From sequence record MK573636: 64,000 bases of DNA. One strand, 5' to 3'. The position numbers and the translations under genes were made by a program. The notes beneath the pieces were generated by a model. It saw nothing but the letters and a program-made list of their open reading frames with translations. It did no database searches and was not told the origin of the DNA. The stretch is from Escherichia phage vB_EcoM_PHB13. Below, piece by piece: positions 1 to 9,306 of the stretch (position 1 is its first letter; each line of letters opens with the position of its first letter).

Positions 1-84
1 TCCGCGTTGGGAATTTATGCTTCTTCCGTGTGACCGCATTCTGTTTCGTGCTGTTCAATTAGTGAAATGATAGAGGATTATATT

Positions 85-645
85 ATGGTACAGAAAACGT
101 ATAAATTGTATCCGGCTAAGTCTTCAACTGATGCTGTTTTTGAACGAGGTCGTTATTACACTTTCCGTAATGCTGAGTCCGCAGAGGAATTTATCAAACG
201 ATGTCCGCAACATAATAAGTTCTTGTATGACGTGCTTTGTAACGGCTTTAAAGTTCTCACTGTTGATGCGATGGGGCGTGTGTATCTGGTAGAAACTCAT
301 GAGTATGAAGGTGCATCTGTTCTGATTGCTGCAAACGAGCGCAAATACTTTAAACGCATCACTAAAAAGCAGTTTGAAGAAATGAAACCAGTTAAGAAAG
401 AAGAATCTCTGGGAGATCTGATTAACTTGTTTGGTAAAGTTCGCTCGATCTCCTTTGCGATTGAAGATGACATTACTGACAATAAAATCTTTATCAAGAG
501 CGCGGAAGACCTGAAAGAGTTTCTTATTGAAAATAGATTTCGGCTGGAAACCTTTCTTGAAAGTGAAATTATTCGACATGATACTTACGCTAAATTCAGC
601 GCCGATAAAGTAGCTGAACTGAAAGAGATCCAAAAGTCACTTTAA
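85..645 (+). CDS. hypothetical protein, member of repeat-domain paralogous family (one beta-rich domain ending ...ERKYFKRI... plus helical C-terminal tail)
   Basis: ORF track 67..645; start moved to ATG at 85 after SD GAGGATTATATT; shares ERKYFKR motif with 709..1887. Confidence 0.5.
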   Translation: MVQKTYKLYPAKSSTDAVFERGRYYTFRNAESAEEFIKRCPQHNKFLYDVLCNGFKVLTVDAMGRVYLVETHEYEGASVLIAANERKYFKRITKKQFEEMKPVKKEESLGDLINLFGKVRSISFAIEDDITDNKIFIKSAEDLKEFLIENRFRLETFLESEIIRHDTYAKFSADKVAELKEIQKSL

Positions 646-648
646 CAC

Positions 649-683
649 TTGACATGATGAAACGGGAGTAGTAAGATACTCCC
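649..683 (+). promoter_or_regulatory. sigma70-like early promoter (TTGACA / TAAGAT) with inverted repeat GGGAGTA-gtaaga-TACTCCC in spacer/-10 (promoter-early stem-loop type)
   Basis: read directly; identical 27-nt core recurs near 44181 and 44462. Confidence 0.5.
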
Positions 684-708
684 ATTTAAACAACTAGAGG
701 ATTATATT

Positions 709-1887
709 ATGGCTAAATTCTTTGAAGGTCATTACTATGCATTCCGTGAAGGTGGTAAAGATGAGTTTCTAGACTTTTCTCGCTATTCAATTATTCTGAC
801 CGATGCTTCGCGCCGTGGTCATATTCGGGTTGCTGAAATCGTCGAAAAGGGCTTTAAAGTATTAGAAAAAGATGACAACGGTCATGTTATTACTATTGAA
901 GCTGGAGATGTAGTTTATTCCGCTGAGGATATCGTTTATTATTGGGCTACTATGATTATGCACGATGAGCGTAAATACTTTAAACGCATCTCAAAAGAGG
1001 CATACGAAGCGATGAACAAGAAAGAGGATGCAATGCCGACTTACTTTGAAAAAGGTAAATGTTATTCGTTTACACCAGAAGGTTTGCAAGAATTTAAGCG
1101 ATTCTGGGGAGAGCATGATCCAGATCACAAAGAAGCTATGAAACTTGTTGATTTTGTCGAATATGGCTTTTTAGTTGAAGAAGAATTGCACGGATCAGCT
1201 ACCATGATCACCGCGAAAGGTGAAACTGTTAAGGCAGATCGTTTTTGTGATCAATGGGCTTGTGTGTTTGATGGTGGCGAATTTGAATACTTCGCGGAAA
1301 TCACGAAACAACAATTTCATTCTATGCAAGCGGATGGTCAGAGATTTAAAGTAGGTGAACGCTACAAGCCAAATCAGCATAATTTGCCATATTGGTTTAC
1401 CGCTGAAACTGTATCAAGTCATGTTGTTGAAATTGTTCAAAAGCTGGGACAAGGATTTAAGGTGACTAAAGTAGATGATTATGGAAGTGTTGACGCGGTT
1501 GAAATTGATGGTGTAGAATATACACCGAAATCTTTCGGGCTTTGCTGGTATCACTTGATCAGCAATGATGAACGTTATAACTTTGTTGAACTGCCATCTG
1601 AACCGGAAGAAGCACTAGAAGATCATGATCATCTGTCTGAACTGGTTAAACTGTTTGGTGATCTGCCGGATGGTGTAGGCGTGGCGGTAATGGGTGAAGG
1701 TACTGTTATTCGCAACCTGAAAGACCTTAAAAAGTTCTTGATTGACATGCTGCCTAAACTTGATGATAATCTCGATAAAGATATTCAGAATCGCAAAGAA
1801 ATTGTTAAAGATACTGAAAAAGAGATCGAAGAGATTCGAGCAATTCGCCAGAAGGTGAAAGCAGTAAAGAAAAAAGTTAGTGCTTGA
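709..1887 (+). CDS. hypothetical protein, three tandem copies of the family beta-domain plus helical C-terminus
   Basis: ORF track; internal repeats ending DERKYFKRIS / EFEYFAEIT / ERYNFVEL. Confidence 0.6.
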   Translation: MAKFFEGHYYAFREGGKDEFLDFSRYSIILTDASRRGHIRVAEIVEKGFKVLEKDDNGHVITIEAGDVVYSAEDIVYYWATMIMHDERKYFKRISKEAYEAMNKKEDAMPTYFEKGKCYSFTPEGLQEFKRFWGEHDPDHKEAMKLVDFVEYGFLVEEELHGSATMITAKGETVKADRFCDQWACVFDGGEFEYFAEITKQQFHSMQADGQRFKVGERYKPNQHNLPYWFTAETVSSHVVEIVQKLGQGFKVTKVDDYGSVDAVEIDGVEYTPKSFGLCWYHLISNDERYNFVELPSEPEEALEDHDHLSELVKLFGDLPDGVGVAVMGEGTVIRNLKDLKKFLIDMLPKLDDNLDKDIQNRKEIVKDTEKEIEEIRAIRQKVKAVKKKVSA

Positions 1888-1917
1888 CATGCGAAGGGAG
1901 TATGCTATAATACTCCC
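1884..1917 (+). promoter_or_regulatory. early promoter TTGACA-16bp-TATAAT with stem-loop GGGAGTA...TACTCCC
   Basis: read directly. Confidence 0.5.
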
Positions 1918-1941
1918 ACTTAACAACGAGAGGATTATATT

Positions 1942-2436
1942 ATGTGGGTACAAGATGTTTGGTATACTGTAACTAAAGAAAACCTTGACGCATTCAGCGA
2001 CCAATCTTGCGCTAATAGCTCAATTGCTGGTATACTTACTGATGTGTTTGGTGGTGTAGATAAAATTCGTTTTAAAGTTGTTGTTAGTTCGCTGGGTCAG
2101 GTGAAAGATCTTTACACCGAAGATAAAGACCTTGATCTTGAACTTCGTCTTCGTATTGATAATGCAAGTCTAGGTTATTGGTTTGAAGATAACGAATATG
2201 AATACTTCACACCAGCAATTAAAGTTTTTGCGACTAAACTGGAAGCTGTACTGAATCTACGACCAATTAATGTTGACGGCTACATTATCAAAAATATTCA
2301 GGATTGGGAGTTGTATCTAGATCAGGTTATCCGAAATAGTAAGCAGGAAGCCGCTAATAAGAAGCGACAAGAGATTAAACAGCTTAAAGCTGAACTGGAA
2401 GCGGCGGAAAAAGAATTAGCAGAACTGGTAAAATAA
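1942..2436 (+). CDS. hypothetical protein with family-like motif (EYEYFTPAIK) and coiled-coil C-terminus
   Basis: ORF track; SD GAGGATTATATT. Confidence 0.5.
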   Translation: MWVQDVWYTVTKENLDAFSDQSCANSSIAGILTDVFGGVDKIRFKVVVSSLGQVKDLYTEDKDLDLELRLRIDNASLGYWFEDNEYEYFTPAIKVFATKLEAVLNLRPINVDGYIIKNIQDWELYLDQVIRNSKQEAANKKRQEIKQLKAELEAAEKELAELVK

Positions 2437-2444
2437 CTATCAAC

Positions 2445-2468
2445 GAGCGGGAGAAATCCCGCTTTTTC
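2445..2468 (+). terminator. intrinsic terminator-like hairpin AGCGGGA-gaaa-TCCCGCT plus T-run
   Basis: read directly. Confidence 0.45.
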
Positions 2469-2480
2469 ATAGGTGATACA

Positions 2481-4343
2481 ATGGAAAAACTAATCAAAGA
2501 CATTACAGAGATCGCAACGGGTAAAGAAAACGAAGTAAGCAAAGAGAACGCGAACAAAGACGCGCGAACATTCCCGACACGTCGAGATCTGATTGCTGGT
2601 GCTGTGTCTAAACAGATTGCTAAAACCGTGTTACCTGAGCACATCTATAAAGCGCATGTAGACGGTGACATTCATTATCATGATATGGATTATGCACCCG
2701 CTATGCCGTTTACTAACTGCTGTCTTGTTAATCTCAAAGACATGTTAGAGAATGGTTTTAAATTGGGTAGCGCACAAATCGAAAGTCCGAAATCAATCGG
2801 CGTTGCTTGTGCTGTAACCGCTCAAATTATCGCACAGGTGGCAAGTCATCAATATGGCGGGACCACAATCGCAAACATCGACCAGGTGTTAGCGCCGTAT
2901 GTTAAGAAAACATATCATAAACACCTTGCTGATGCCGAAGCCTACGGAATCAAAGCTGATACTCTCTATGCACAAGAGAAAACAGAAAAAGAAACGTTAG
3001 ACGGATATCAGGCGTTGGAATATGAGATCAACACTTTGTTCTCTACCAACGGTCAAACACCTTTTGTGACTTTAACCTTTGGTATGGGTACTAGCTGGGA
3101 AGAAAAACTGATTCAGAAAGCGATCCTGAAAGTTCGAACTAAAGGTTTAGGTAAAGACGGTATAACTCCGGTGTTTCCTAAGCTGGTGATGTTCTTAGAA
3201 GAAGGATTAAACCTTAAACCGGAAGATCCGAACTACGACATTAAGCAACTTGCATTGGAATGTTCTAGTAAGCGTCTTTACCCTGATTATATCTCTGCGA
3301 AGAATAACCGTAGCATCACTGGATCTAGTGTTCCGGTTAGCCCGATGGGTTGTCGTAGCTTCCTGGGTGTGTGGCATAATGATAAAGGCGAGGAAGTATT
3401 AGACGGACGTAATAACTTAGGTGTTGTGACTCTGAATCTTCCGCGTATTGCCCTTATTGCCGCTCGTCGTGCTGGTAAAGCGTCTGTAATGCGCAGAATT
3501 GAGCTATTCGAACAAGAGCTAGCTAATCGTATGCCTATTTGCTTTGATGCGCTCATGAGTCGCGTAGACGCTTTAAAAGGGGCTAAAGCCAATGTTGCTC
3601 CGGTGCTGTATACAGAAGGTGCATTTTTCCGTATTCATCAAAACGATGAAATTTTGGAAGTGTTGAAAGATGGTCGCGCTAGTATCTCTCTTGGGTATAT
3701 TGGTTTACATGAGGTATTGAGCGTCCTGTTTGGTGTTCATCCGTTTGATTCGGAAGATGCGCAGCGATACGGTAAACATATTCTTAAGATCTTGCGTCAT
3801 TATACTGAAAAATGGAAGGATGAAACCGGACTTGGGTTTAGTCTTTACGGTACGCCAGCCGAGAGCCTTTGCTATCGATTTAATCGACTGGATCGAGAGC
3901 AATTTGGTATTGTTAAGGGTGCTACCGATAAAGACTGGTACACCAACTCATTCCACCTTGACGTAGACCGGAAAGTCACACCATTTGAGAAAATCGACTT
4001 TGAGAAAGATTATCACTGGCTGGCGTCCGGTGGCATGATCTCTTATGTTGAGTTCCCAGACATGAAAAACAACCTGAAAGGTCTTGAAACTGTAGTAGAC
4101 TATGCAATGGATAAATTGCACTACTTCGGTGTTAATACTCCTTCTGATGTATGTCATGTATGCGGATCTAATAAGGAAATGAGAGCGACCGAGTCTGGTT
4201 TTGTTTGCCCTGATTGCGGCAATGACAATCTGGAAAAGATGAATGTTATCCGTCGCGTTAGTGGATATCTTGGATCTGTTGATCTGCGTCCATTCAACCA
4301 CGGGAAACACTCCGAGATGGTAAACCGCGTTAAGCACATGTAA
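2481..4343 (+). CDS. nrdD: anaerobic ribonucleoside-triphosphate reductase
   Basis: 620 aa; C-terminal Zn ribbon CHVCG...CPDCG and glycyl-radical motif RRVSGY; T4 NrdD-like. Confidence 0.9.
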   Translation: MEKLIKDITEIATGKENEVSKENANKDARTFPTRRDLIAGAVSKQIAKTVLPEHIYKAHVDGDIHYHDMDYAPAMPFTNCCLVNLKDMLENGFKLGSAQIESPKSIGVACAVTAQIIAQVASHQYGGTTIANIDQVLAPYVKKTYHKHLADAEAYGIKADTLYAQEKTEKETLDGYQALEYEINTLFSTNGQTPFVTLTFGMGTSWEEKLIQKAILKVRTKGLGKDGITPVFPKLVMFLEEGLNLKPEDPNYDIKQLALECSSKRLYPDYISAKNNRSITGSSVPVSPMGCRSFLGVWHNDKGEEVLDGRNNLGVVTLNLPRIALIAARRAGKASVMRRIELFEQELANRMPICFDALMSRVDALKGAKANVAPVLYTEGAFFRIHQNDEILEVLKDGRASISLGYIGLHEVLSVLFGVHPFDSEDAQRYGKHILKILRHYTEKWKDETGLGFSLYGTPAESLCYRFNRLDREQFGIVKGATDKDWYTNSFHLDVDRKVTPFEKIDFEKDYHWLASGGMISYVEFPDMKNNLKGLETVVDYAMDKLHYFGVNTPSDVCHVCGSNKEMRATESGFVCPDCGNDNLEKMNVIRRVSGYLGSVDLRPFNHGKHSEMVNRVKHM

Positions 4344-4348
4344 TTTTC

Positions 4349-4381
4349 AGCCGATCCGAAAGGGTCGGCTTTTTCGTTTTT
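4349..4381 (+). terminator. intrinsic terminator AGCCGATCC-gaaa-GGGTCGGCT plus T-run
   Basis: read directly. Confidence 0.55.
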
Positions 4382-4386
4382 GGGTG

Positions 4387-4414
4387 TTGACAACCTGATT
4401 AGCTAATGTATAAT
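4387..4414 (+). promoter_or_regulatory. sigma70-like promoter TTGACA-16/17bp-TATAAT
   Basis: read directly. Confidence 0.45.
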
Positions 4415-4443
4415 GCTCACATCGAAAACAACGAGAGGACAAC

Positions 4444-4986
4444 ATGATGATGATGTTTTGTGTACTGAGCAAAGAAGTTAAACTTCGTAAACTGGAAATT
4501 GGCGATGGTGTTGTTGTTAAAATGCACGCTAGCACATTGGCTAGTTTTAATTTAAAGGAAAGTTTTTTTATTAGAGGAACGGTGGTTAATGTCTGCTGGA
4601 GTCAAGGCGAAGGAATCCGTAGCTTTTGCGTAATTGACGATGATAATAACCTGTATGTGATTCGCTATCATAATAATTCTGTATTGGTCTATACCGACAA
4701 TTCACGAGAATTATATACTCTTGAATTTGTTAAGCGTACTGATTGCGACCGATTTGTTCGTGCTTATGAAGAAGATGGCTGTTTTGCGACTGAAACAGAA
4801 ACAAATGAATATGTTCCTATGGAAGTAGGAGCAGAAATTAAACACAAGATCACGGATCGTATTTTTAAGGTTGTGGCGGTTGCTCATACTCAATTTGTAG
4901 CGCAAGCGCCGGATGAAGAATTTATTATCTACAATATTGGTAATGCAAGTTCTCATTTTCATAATGTACTATATCGCGACCTTTGA
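4444..4986 (+). CDS. hypothetical protein
   Basis: ORF track, 180 aa, no recognised motif. Confidence 0.45.
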   Translation: MMMMFCVLSKEVKLRKLEIGDGVVVKMHASTLASFNLKESFFIRGTVVNVCWSQGEGIRSFCVIDDDNNLYVIRYHNNSVLVYTDNSRELYTLEFVKRTDCDRFVRAYEEDGCFATETETNEYVPMEVGAEIKHKITDRIFKVVAVAHTQFVAQAPDEEFIIYNIGNASSHFHNVLYRDL

Positions 4987-5003
4987 TAATGTGTGAGGTG
5001 AAT

Positions 5004-5531
5004 ATGAAATCATTAAACCGTAAGCGTAAAGCACAACGACACAAAGAACTAGCTAAAAAGATTGCTATTGAACTGGTTGAGCGTGAGGATAGCTATTTGT
5101 CTACGGGTCGTTTGTATACATTCCATGCATTGATTGATGGTAAGCCAGTGTTGCATAATCATGATTGTTTGGCACTGTTTCACGAAATCAAACCAATTCA
5201 TCGTGAATGGGATGACAACAAAGCAAAAGGTCAATATTTCCTTACTTGTTCGTGTGGTCATGCTGGATGTGCTGGATATTGGGAACCTGTTACTATCCGT
5301 GAGAAAAATGATACCATTCAATGGGTCGCCCGTACCCGCGATGGTTATGATAAAGGTGCTGATGGTACTGGAGATAACGTAGTTTACTTTAATCGTGATT
5401 GGTATTATATGGCGCGATGTATGATCCTGTTTTATCTTGACTCGATGCCGTATGAATATTTCAGTTTCCAGAATGGGACCGAACTGACAGGGAAGGAATG
5501 GTCTGACTACATTCGAAAAAATTTAAAATAA
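5004..5531 (+). CDS. hypothetical protein (Cys/His-rich: CSCGHAGCAGY)
   Basis: ORF track 4983..5531; start moved to ATG after SD GAGGTGA. Confidence 0.45.
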   Translation: MKSLNRKRKAQRHKELAKKIAIELVEREDSYLSTGRLYTFHALIDGKPVLHNHDCLALFHEIKPIHREWDDNKAKGQYFLTCSCGHAGCAGYWEPVTIREKNDTIQWVARTRDGYDKGADGTGDNVVYFNRDWYYMARCMILFYLDSMPYEYFSFQNGTELTGKEWSDYIRKNLK

Positions 5532-5535
5532 ATGC

Positions 5536-5564
5536 TTGACGGGGATCGCGAGATCCCCTATACT
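5536..5564 (+). promoter_or_regulatory. early promoter TTGACG / TATACT with stem-loop GGGGATC-gcga-GATCCCC in spacer
   Basis: read directly. Confidence 0.45.
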
Positions 5565-5606
5565 ATATTCATCAAGACGAGATACAACTTTACAGGAGAA
5601 TCAAAT

Positions 5607-5759
5607 ATGTGGACTTTACTGATTTGGGAAACTGAAAACGCACAAGTAGAAATCCGTGAATACGAATACCTAAGCCCAGCTTATCTATTAGCATCTCGCG
5701 GTGGTTACTATAAAGCGCAGATTGTAAACGAGTTCGGGGTAATTGAATATGAGTTCTGA
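5607..5759 (+). CDS. hypothetical small protein (50 aa)
   Basis: in-frame ATG within track ORF 5532..5759 after SD AGGAGAATCA. Confidence 0.3.
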   Translation: MWTLLIWETENAQVEIREYEYLSPAYLLASRGGYYKAQIVNEFGVIEYEF

Positions 5760-6252
5760 TACATACGGCAAACTACGCTATGCCGATATTAAAGATTGTG
5801 ATATGGTTAACGGTGAGGGAGTGAGAGTCTCCCTTTACGTTACCGGATGTTCACACGCATGTGATGGTTGCTTTAATGCTAGCCTACTCAATCCTAAGAA
5901 CGGGGAACCATTCACCGATGATACAATGGGATTGATTCTGGATCTGCTTAGACCTGATTTTATTCAGGGGCTAACATTCTTAGGTGGCGATCCACTGTAT
6001 AAACGCAATTTAAAGGGTGTACAGCGGATCATCGATGAAGTAAAATCATGGATGCCAAATAAAGATATTTGGCTATGGTCTGGTTATACCCTTGACCAAT
6101 TGAATGATGAGCAAAGAAAAATTGTAGAATCAGTTGACATGTTCATCGATGGGCGTTATATTAAAGATATGCCAACGAAGAAGCCGTGGCGGGGGTCTGA
6201 CAATCAAGTACAATACAAGATTGTTAATAGTATTCCAGTGAAAATTATTTGA
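5749..6252 (+). CDS. nrdG: anaerobic ribonucleotide reductase activating protein (radical SAM)
   Basis: Cys cluster GCSHACDGC (C-x3-C-x2-C); position next to nrdD. Confidence 0.8.
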   Translation: MSSDTYGKLRYADIKDCDMVNGEGVRVSLYVTGCSHACDGCFNASLLNPKNGEPFTDDTMGLILDLLRPDFIQGLTFLGGDPLYKRNLKGVQRIIDEVKSWMPNKDIWLWSGYTLDQLNDEQRKIVESVDMFIDGRYIKDMPTKKPWRGSDNQVQYKIVNSIPVKII

Positions 6253-6262
6253 GGTGATTATT

Positions 6263-6790
6263 ATGGAATGGGAAGTTGGTAAAACTTACAAGATTGAATG
6301 CGAAGCGTCGAAAGCCGAACTGACTAAATTTTCGTCGTCTATTAACAGATGTATTGTTGACTTGTTGGCTGGTCGCCCGTTTAGGGTAGAAGACCTTGAC
6401 GATGATGGTGATGTTAGAGAAATTACTATTATTGGTAGTAATTTCGACTCTATGACGTTAAAAGAATCCCCTATTGGCTGTTCCGGTGTGTGGTTTTGGT
6501 CGGGTGAGCGTCGTTTCTTTACCGAAGTTACTATTGAACCTAAGATTCCAGATTCGGAAGAAAAAGAAGAAGACCTAACTTTAGAACGCCTGGGTCTGCT
6601 TATGGAAGCCTACGACATTCAGTTGATCGATAAGATGGGGTTACATAATAGCATTGCCAAAATTACTACCCTAGAAGGTATTAAGAGCGTGCTTGATGGT
6701 ATGCCTAGCCGGATCGGTGCTATCCGAGAATACAAGCAAACGCGCGACCGTATGATCCAATTAGAATCACGTATCAAAAATGAGAGATGA
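6263..6790 (+). CDS. hypothetical protein, repeat-domain family (MEWEVGKTY... / ERRFFTEV)
   Basis: ORF track 6254..6790, start moved to ATG. Confidence 0.55.
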   Translation: MEWEVGKTYKIECEASKAELTKFSSSINRCIVDLLAGRPFRVEDLDDDGDVREITIIGSNFDSMTLKESPIGCSGVWFWSGERRFFTEVTIEPKIPDSEEKEEDLTLERLGLLMEAYDIQLIDKMGLHNSIAKITTLEGIKSVLDGMPSRIGAIREYKQTRDRMIQLESRIKNER

Positions 6791-6794
6791 TATT

Positions 6795-7259
6795 ATGAAA
6801 TGGGAAGCTGGTAAGACCTATGCGTGGAAAGATGTAAAAGATGCAAACCAATTTTTTAAATGGTATGATGTTGATTATTTGAAATATCTGAGATTACCGT
6901 TTAAAGTTGCGTCGGTTGATGCGAAAAAAGGATACGTGCGGTCTGTTTATCTTCATGATGGAACTTATATGAGTTCAACCGATGTAGGTCTATCTTGTTG
7001 GTTTCTGGATCATGACCGTAGCAGATTTGAAGAAATTATTATTCCAGAAGAATCTAAATTAATTGATCTTCTCAAGTTGGCGATGGATAATTATAAAATC
7101 CGCTTTGAATGCAAATCACATGCGGCTATCGGTGCTAACGCCTTGCGTCATATCTCCAGTTTTGAAGAGTTGAAAGATTTTCTTGACAAAATGCCGGAAA
7201 GGGTGCAAGCTATACAGGAAGCAGAGAAAGCATTAAACGAACTTGATAAAATCGGTTAA
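6795..7259 (+). CDS. hypothetical protein, repeat-domain family (MKWEAGKTYAWKD...)
   Basis: ORF track 6780..7259, start moved to ATG after SD. Confidence 0.55.
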   Translation: MKWEAGKTYAWKDVKDANQFFKWYDVDYLKYLRLPFKVASVDAKKGYVRSVYLHDGTYMSSTDVGLSCWFLDHDRSRFEEIIIPEESKLIDLLKLAMDNYKIRFECKSHAAIGANALRHISSFEELKDFLDKMPERVQAIQEAEKALNELDKIG

Positions 7260-7271
7260 GGGGAATATATT

Positions 7272-8096
7272 ATGAAATGGGAAATTGGTAAAACTTACAC
7301 CTGGAAAGACGAAAACGCTAAAACTGAGTTTATTACTAACGGAGAAGGTGTTCTTTCTCCACTTAACAGCGATATTAGTGCAGCTATTGGTGACAAGCCA
7401 TTTACCATCATCGAGATCGAGGGTAACGGTTGGATTGATGCAATAGAGCTAGACGGTGTTTATCATACGGCGAAAACTGCTACAGGAAAAGACATTTGGA
7501 AGTCAACATATTTGTTTAGTCCATTTGATAGAAAATTCTTTCGTGAAGTTGAAGAAGTTCCCCAGAAATGGGAAGTTGGTAAAACTTATACTTGGAAAGA
7601 TATTAAGGCTATGACCGACTTCTGTCATTATGCCGAAAACGTATCTAACCTTAATTATGTTATTGCACGAGCAATAAATTATAGACCTTTTACTGTTAAA
7701 AATGTTCGTCCATGTGGGCAAATTGATGTAATTGAAATTGATGGTAAAGACCATACTCTAATGAGCGCAACCGAAGATAGAGACCATAAAGGAACTAGCT
7801 GGTTTATTGATTCTGATAGAAAATTCTTTCGTGAAGTAGAAGAATTGGAAGTTATAACCACTGATTCTAAGATCGTTGGACAGTTGAAACGTCTGTTTAG
7901 TAGTCGTTACGGCCTGACAATGGTTAAATTTGGCGAAGCAAATGAAGGTAAAACCTTTGAACGTTTCGATGATTTCATTTCGGCACTTGACAAGATGGAT
8001 GAAATCATGCAAGATCGCCAGAAGATTAAAGACCTTCAAGAAGACATTAAACGTCGTGAAGTTGAATTTTTGATTGGTAAAGAGCGAGGATGGTAA
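7272..8096 (+). CDS. hypothetical protein, repeat-domain family with two tandem domain copies (WEIGKTYTWKD ... DRKFFREVEE, twice)
   Basis: ORF track; about 23-nt identical DNA repeat near 7528 and 7812. Confidence 0.6.
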   Translation: MKWEIGKTYTWKDENAKTEFITNGEGVLSPLNSDISAAIGDKPFTIIEIEGNGWIDAIELDGVYHTAKTATGKDIWKSTYLFSPFDRKFFREVEEVPQKWEVGKTYTWKDIKAMTDFCHYAENVSNLNYVIARAINYRPFTVKNVRPCGQIDVIEIDGKDHTLMSATEDRDHKGTSWFIDSDRKFFREVEELEVITTDSKIVGQLKRLFSSRYGLTMVKFGEANEGKTFERFDDFISALDKMDEIMQDRQKIKDLQEDIKRREVEFLIGKERGW

Positions 8097-8097
8097 T

Positions 8098-8583
8098 ATG
8101 TTTGTTGCTGGCGTGACCTATCAGTGGAAAGATAAGAAAACGAGAGAAGATTTTGCAAACTTTAGCGTTGCAAATGATGCAATAGCAGAGTTTATCGGCG
8201 ACCGTCCATTTAAAGTTATTGCATTTGATCACCACCATGCATCGGATGTGAATTATGTTTCTGTGATTGAAATTGATGGCACGGTATACACCTGCTGCAA
8301 TGTTGATGATGTACGGGAATACGCGCACAACTGGTTTTTGCAATCAGAAGAACGTCATTTTAAAGTGGTATCGGCAGAGCTATCATCCGAAGCAATGTTG
8401 GAACAATTTTTCAACAACTACGAAGTTTCTGTACGTCGCTATGGCGAAGAAGAAGTGTTTAAAATCGATGATTACAATCAGTTTAAACGAGTATTCGCCA
8501 CTAAGTTACAGCGTGATTTTGAACGCGAGAAGCGCATCAAGGAACTGGAAGAAGAATTGGAAAGATTAAAGGCTGAGAAATGA
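8098..8583 (+). CDS. hypothetical protein, repeat-domain family (GVTYQWKDKK ... ERHFKVV), coiled-coil C-terminus
   Basis: ORF track 8074..8583, start moved to ATG after SD GAGGATGG. Confidence 0.55.
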   Translation: MFVAGVTYQWKDKKTREDFANFSVANDAIAEFIGDRPFKVIAFDHHHASDVNYVSVIEIDGTVYTCCNVDDVREYAHNWFLQSEERHFKVVSAELSSEAMLEQFFNNYEVSVRRYGEEEVFKIDDYNQFKRVFATKLQRDFEREKRIKELEEELERLKAEK

Positions 8584-8849
8584 TCGAGATATACGGTATA
8601 CCGAAAGAGGCTTATCATTGTTATGGTTGTATTAGTGCAATGAAGCTACTGGATGATCTGGGTATTCCGTATACACTTAAACCAGTATTCAAGCAGGTCG
8701 GGGTTGACATTATTCCCGACCGTGATATGATTGAAGAACTGGCGGGGAGGCTAAACTCAAAGAGCCTCCGGTTTGTATACCCCCAGATATTCATTGACAA
8801 CGAGCACATTGGAGGCTATAAAGAACTGAGGGCGATTTATGATTATTGA
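8580..8849 (+). CDS. nrdC: glutaredoxin/thioredoxin-like protein (NrdC/NrdH-like)
   Basis: 89 aa, CxxC motif CYGC near N-terminus, ...HIGGY...L motif; resembles T4 NrdC. Confidence 0.6.
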   Translation: MIEIYGIPKEAYHCYGCISAMKLLDDLGIPYTLKPVFKQVGVDIIPDRDMIEELAGRLNSKSLRFVYPQIFIDNEHIGGYKELRAIYDY

Positions 8850-8997
8850 GAATTTAGTTTCGGTGTTCATTATTGCTTTATTTGCTATAATGACTTTACC
8901 GTTGAAGAAGTGTAAACACTGTAACGGAACAGGATTGCGTGGTGATGGGTGTTGCGCTCATTGTCATGGATCTGGTAAAGTAAGTATCATTAAGTAA
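8839..8997 (+). CDS. small membrane-anchored peptide with two DnaJ-type CxxCxGxG zinc-finger motifs (52 aa)
   Basis: not in track (<60 aa); N-terminal hydrophobic helix then CKHCNGTG...CAHCHGSG. Confidence 0.3.
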   Translation: MIIENLVSVFIIALFAIMTLPLKKCKHCNGTGLRGDGCCAHCHGSGKVSIIK

Positions 8998-9018
8998 TTC
9001 TTGAGTGAGGAATATATT

Positions 9019-9306
9019 ATGTTAGTACACAATGCAATCGCACACATGGTTTATTCTCGATTTGGGCGCAGGGAAGAAATCAATATTACCGACGCAGATT
9101 TAGATCTGATGCAAGTAGAAGGTCAGACATATCTGAAAAATAACGGCGTGAATATCGGTAAAGCGCGTGTGCGTGAATTGTTGGTTGAATATATTCTCTC
9201 TGAATTTGGCATTAGTGCTTTCGGTGTGAAAGAGCTTGCACCTAAGCGCGAAATTTCTGATAAAATGATCAAGAAATGCCAGAAAGCACGACGTAAGGGT
9301 TTCTAA
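9019..9306 (+). CDS. hypothetical protein
   Basis: ORF track 9001..9306; ATG after SD GAGGAATATATT. Confidence 0.45.
   Translation: MLVHNAIAHMVYSRFGRREEINITDADLDLMQVEGQTYLKNNGVNIGKARVRELLVEYILSEFGISAFGVKELAPKREISDKMIKKCQKARRKGF

Noticed and set aside
124-633. 169-aa minus-strand ORF overlapping the first plus-strand gene
   Set aside because: Fully antisense to a better-supported ORF with promoter and SD; no start context of its own; likely a shadow ORF.
2481-4343. Possible group I intron or intein in nrdD, as in T4
   Set aside because: The reading frame is continuous for 620 aa from start to the glycyl-radical motif, with no interruption.
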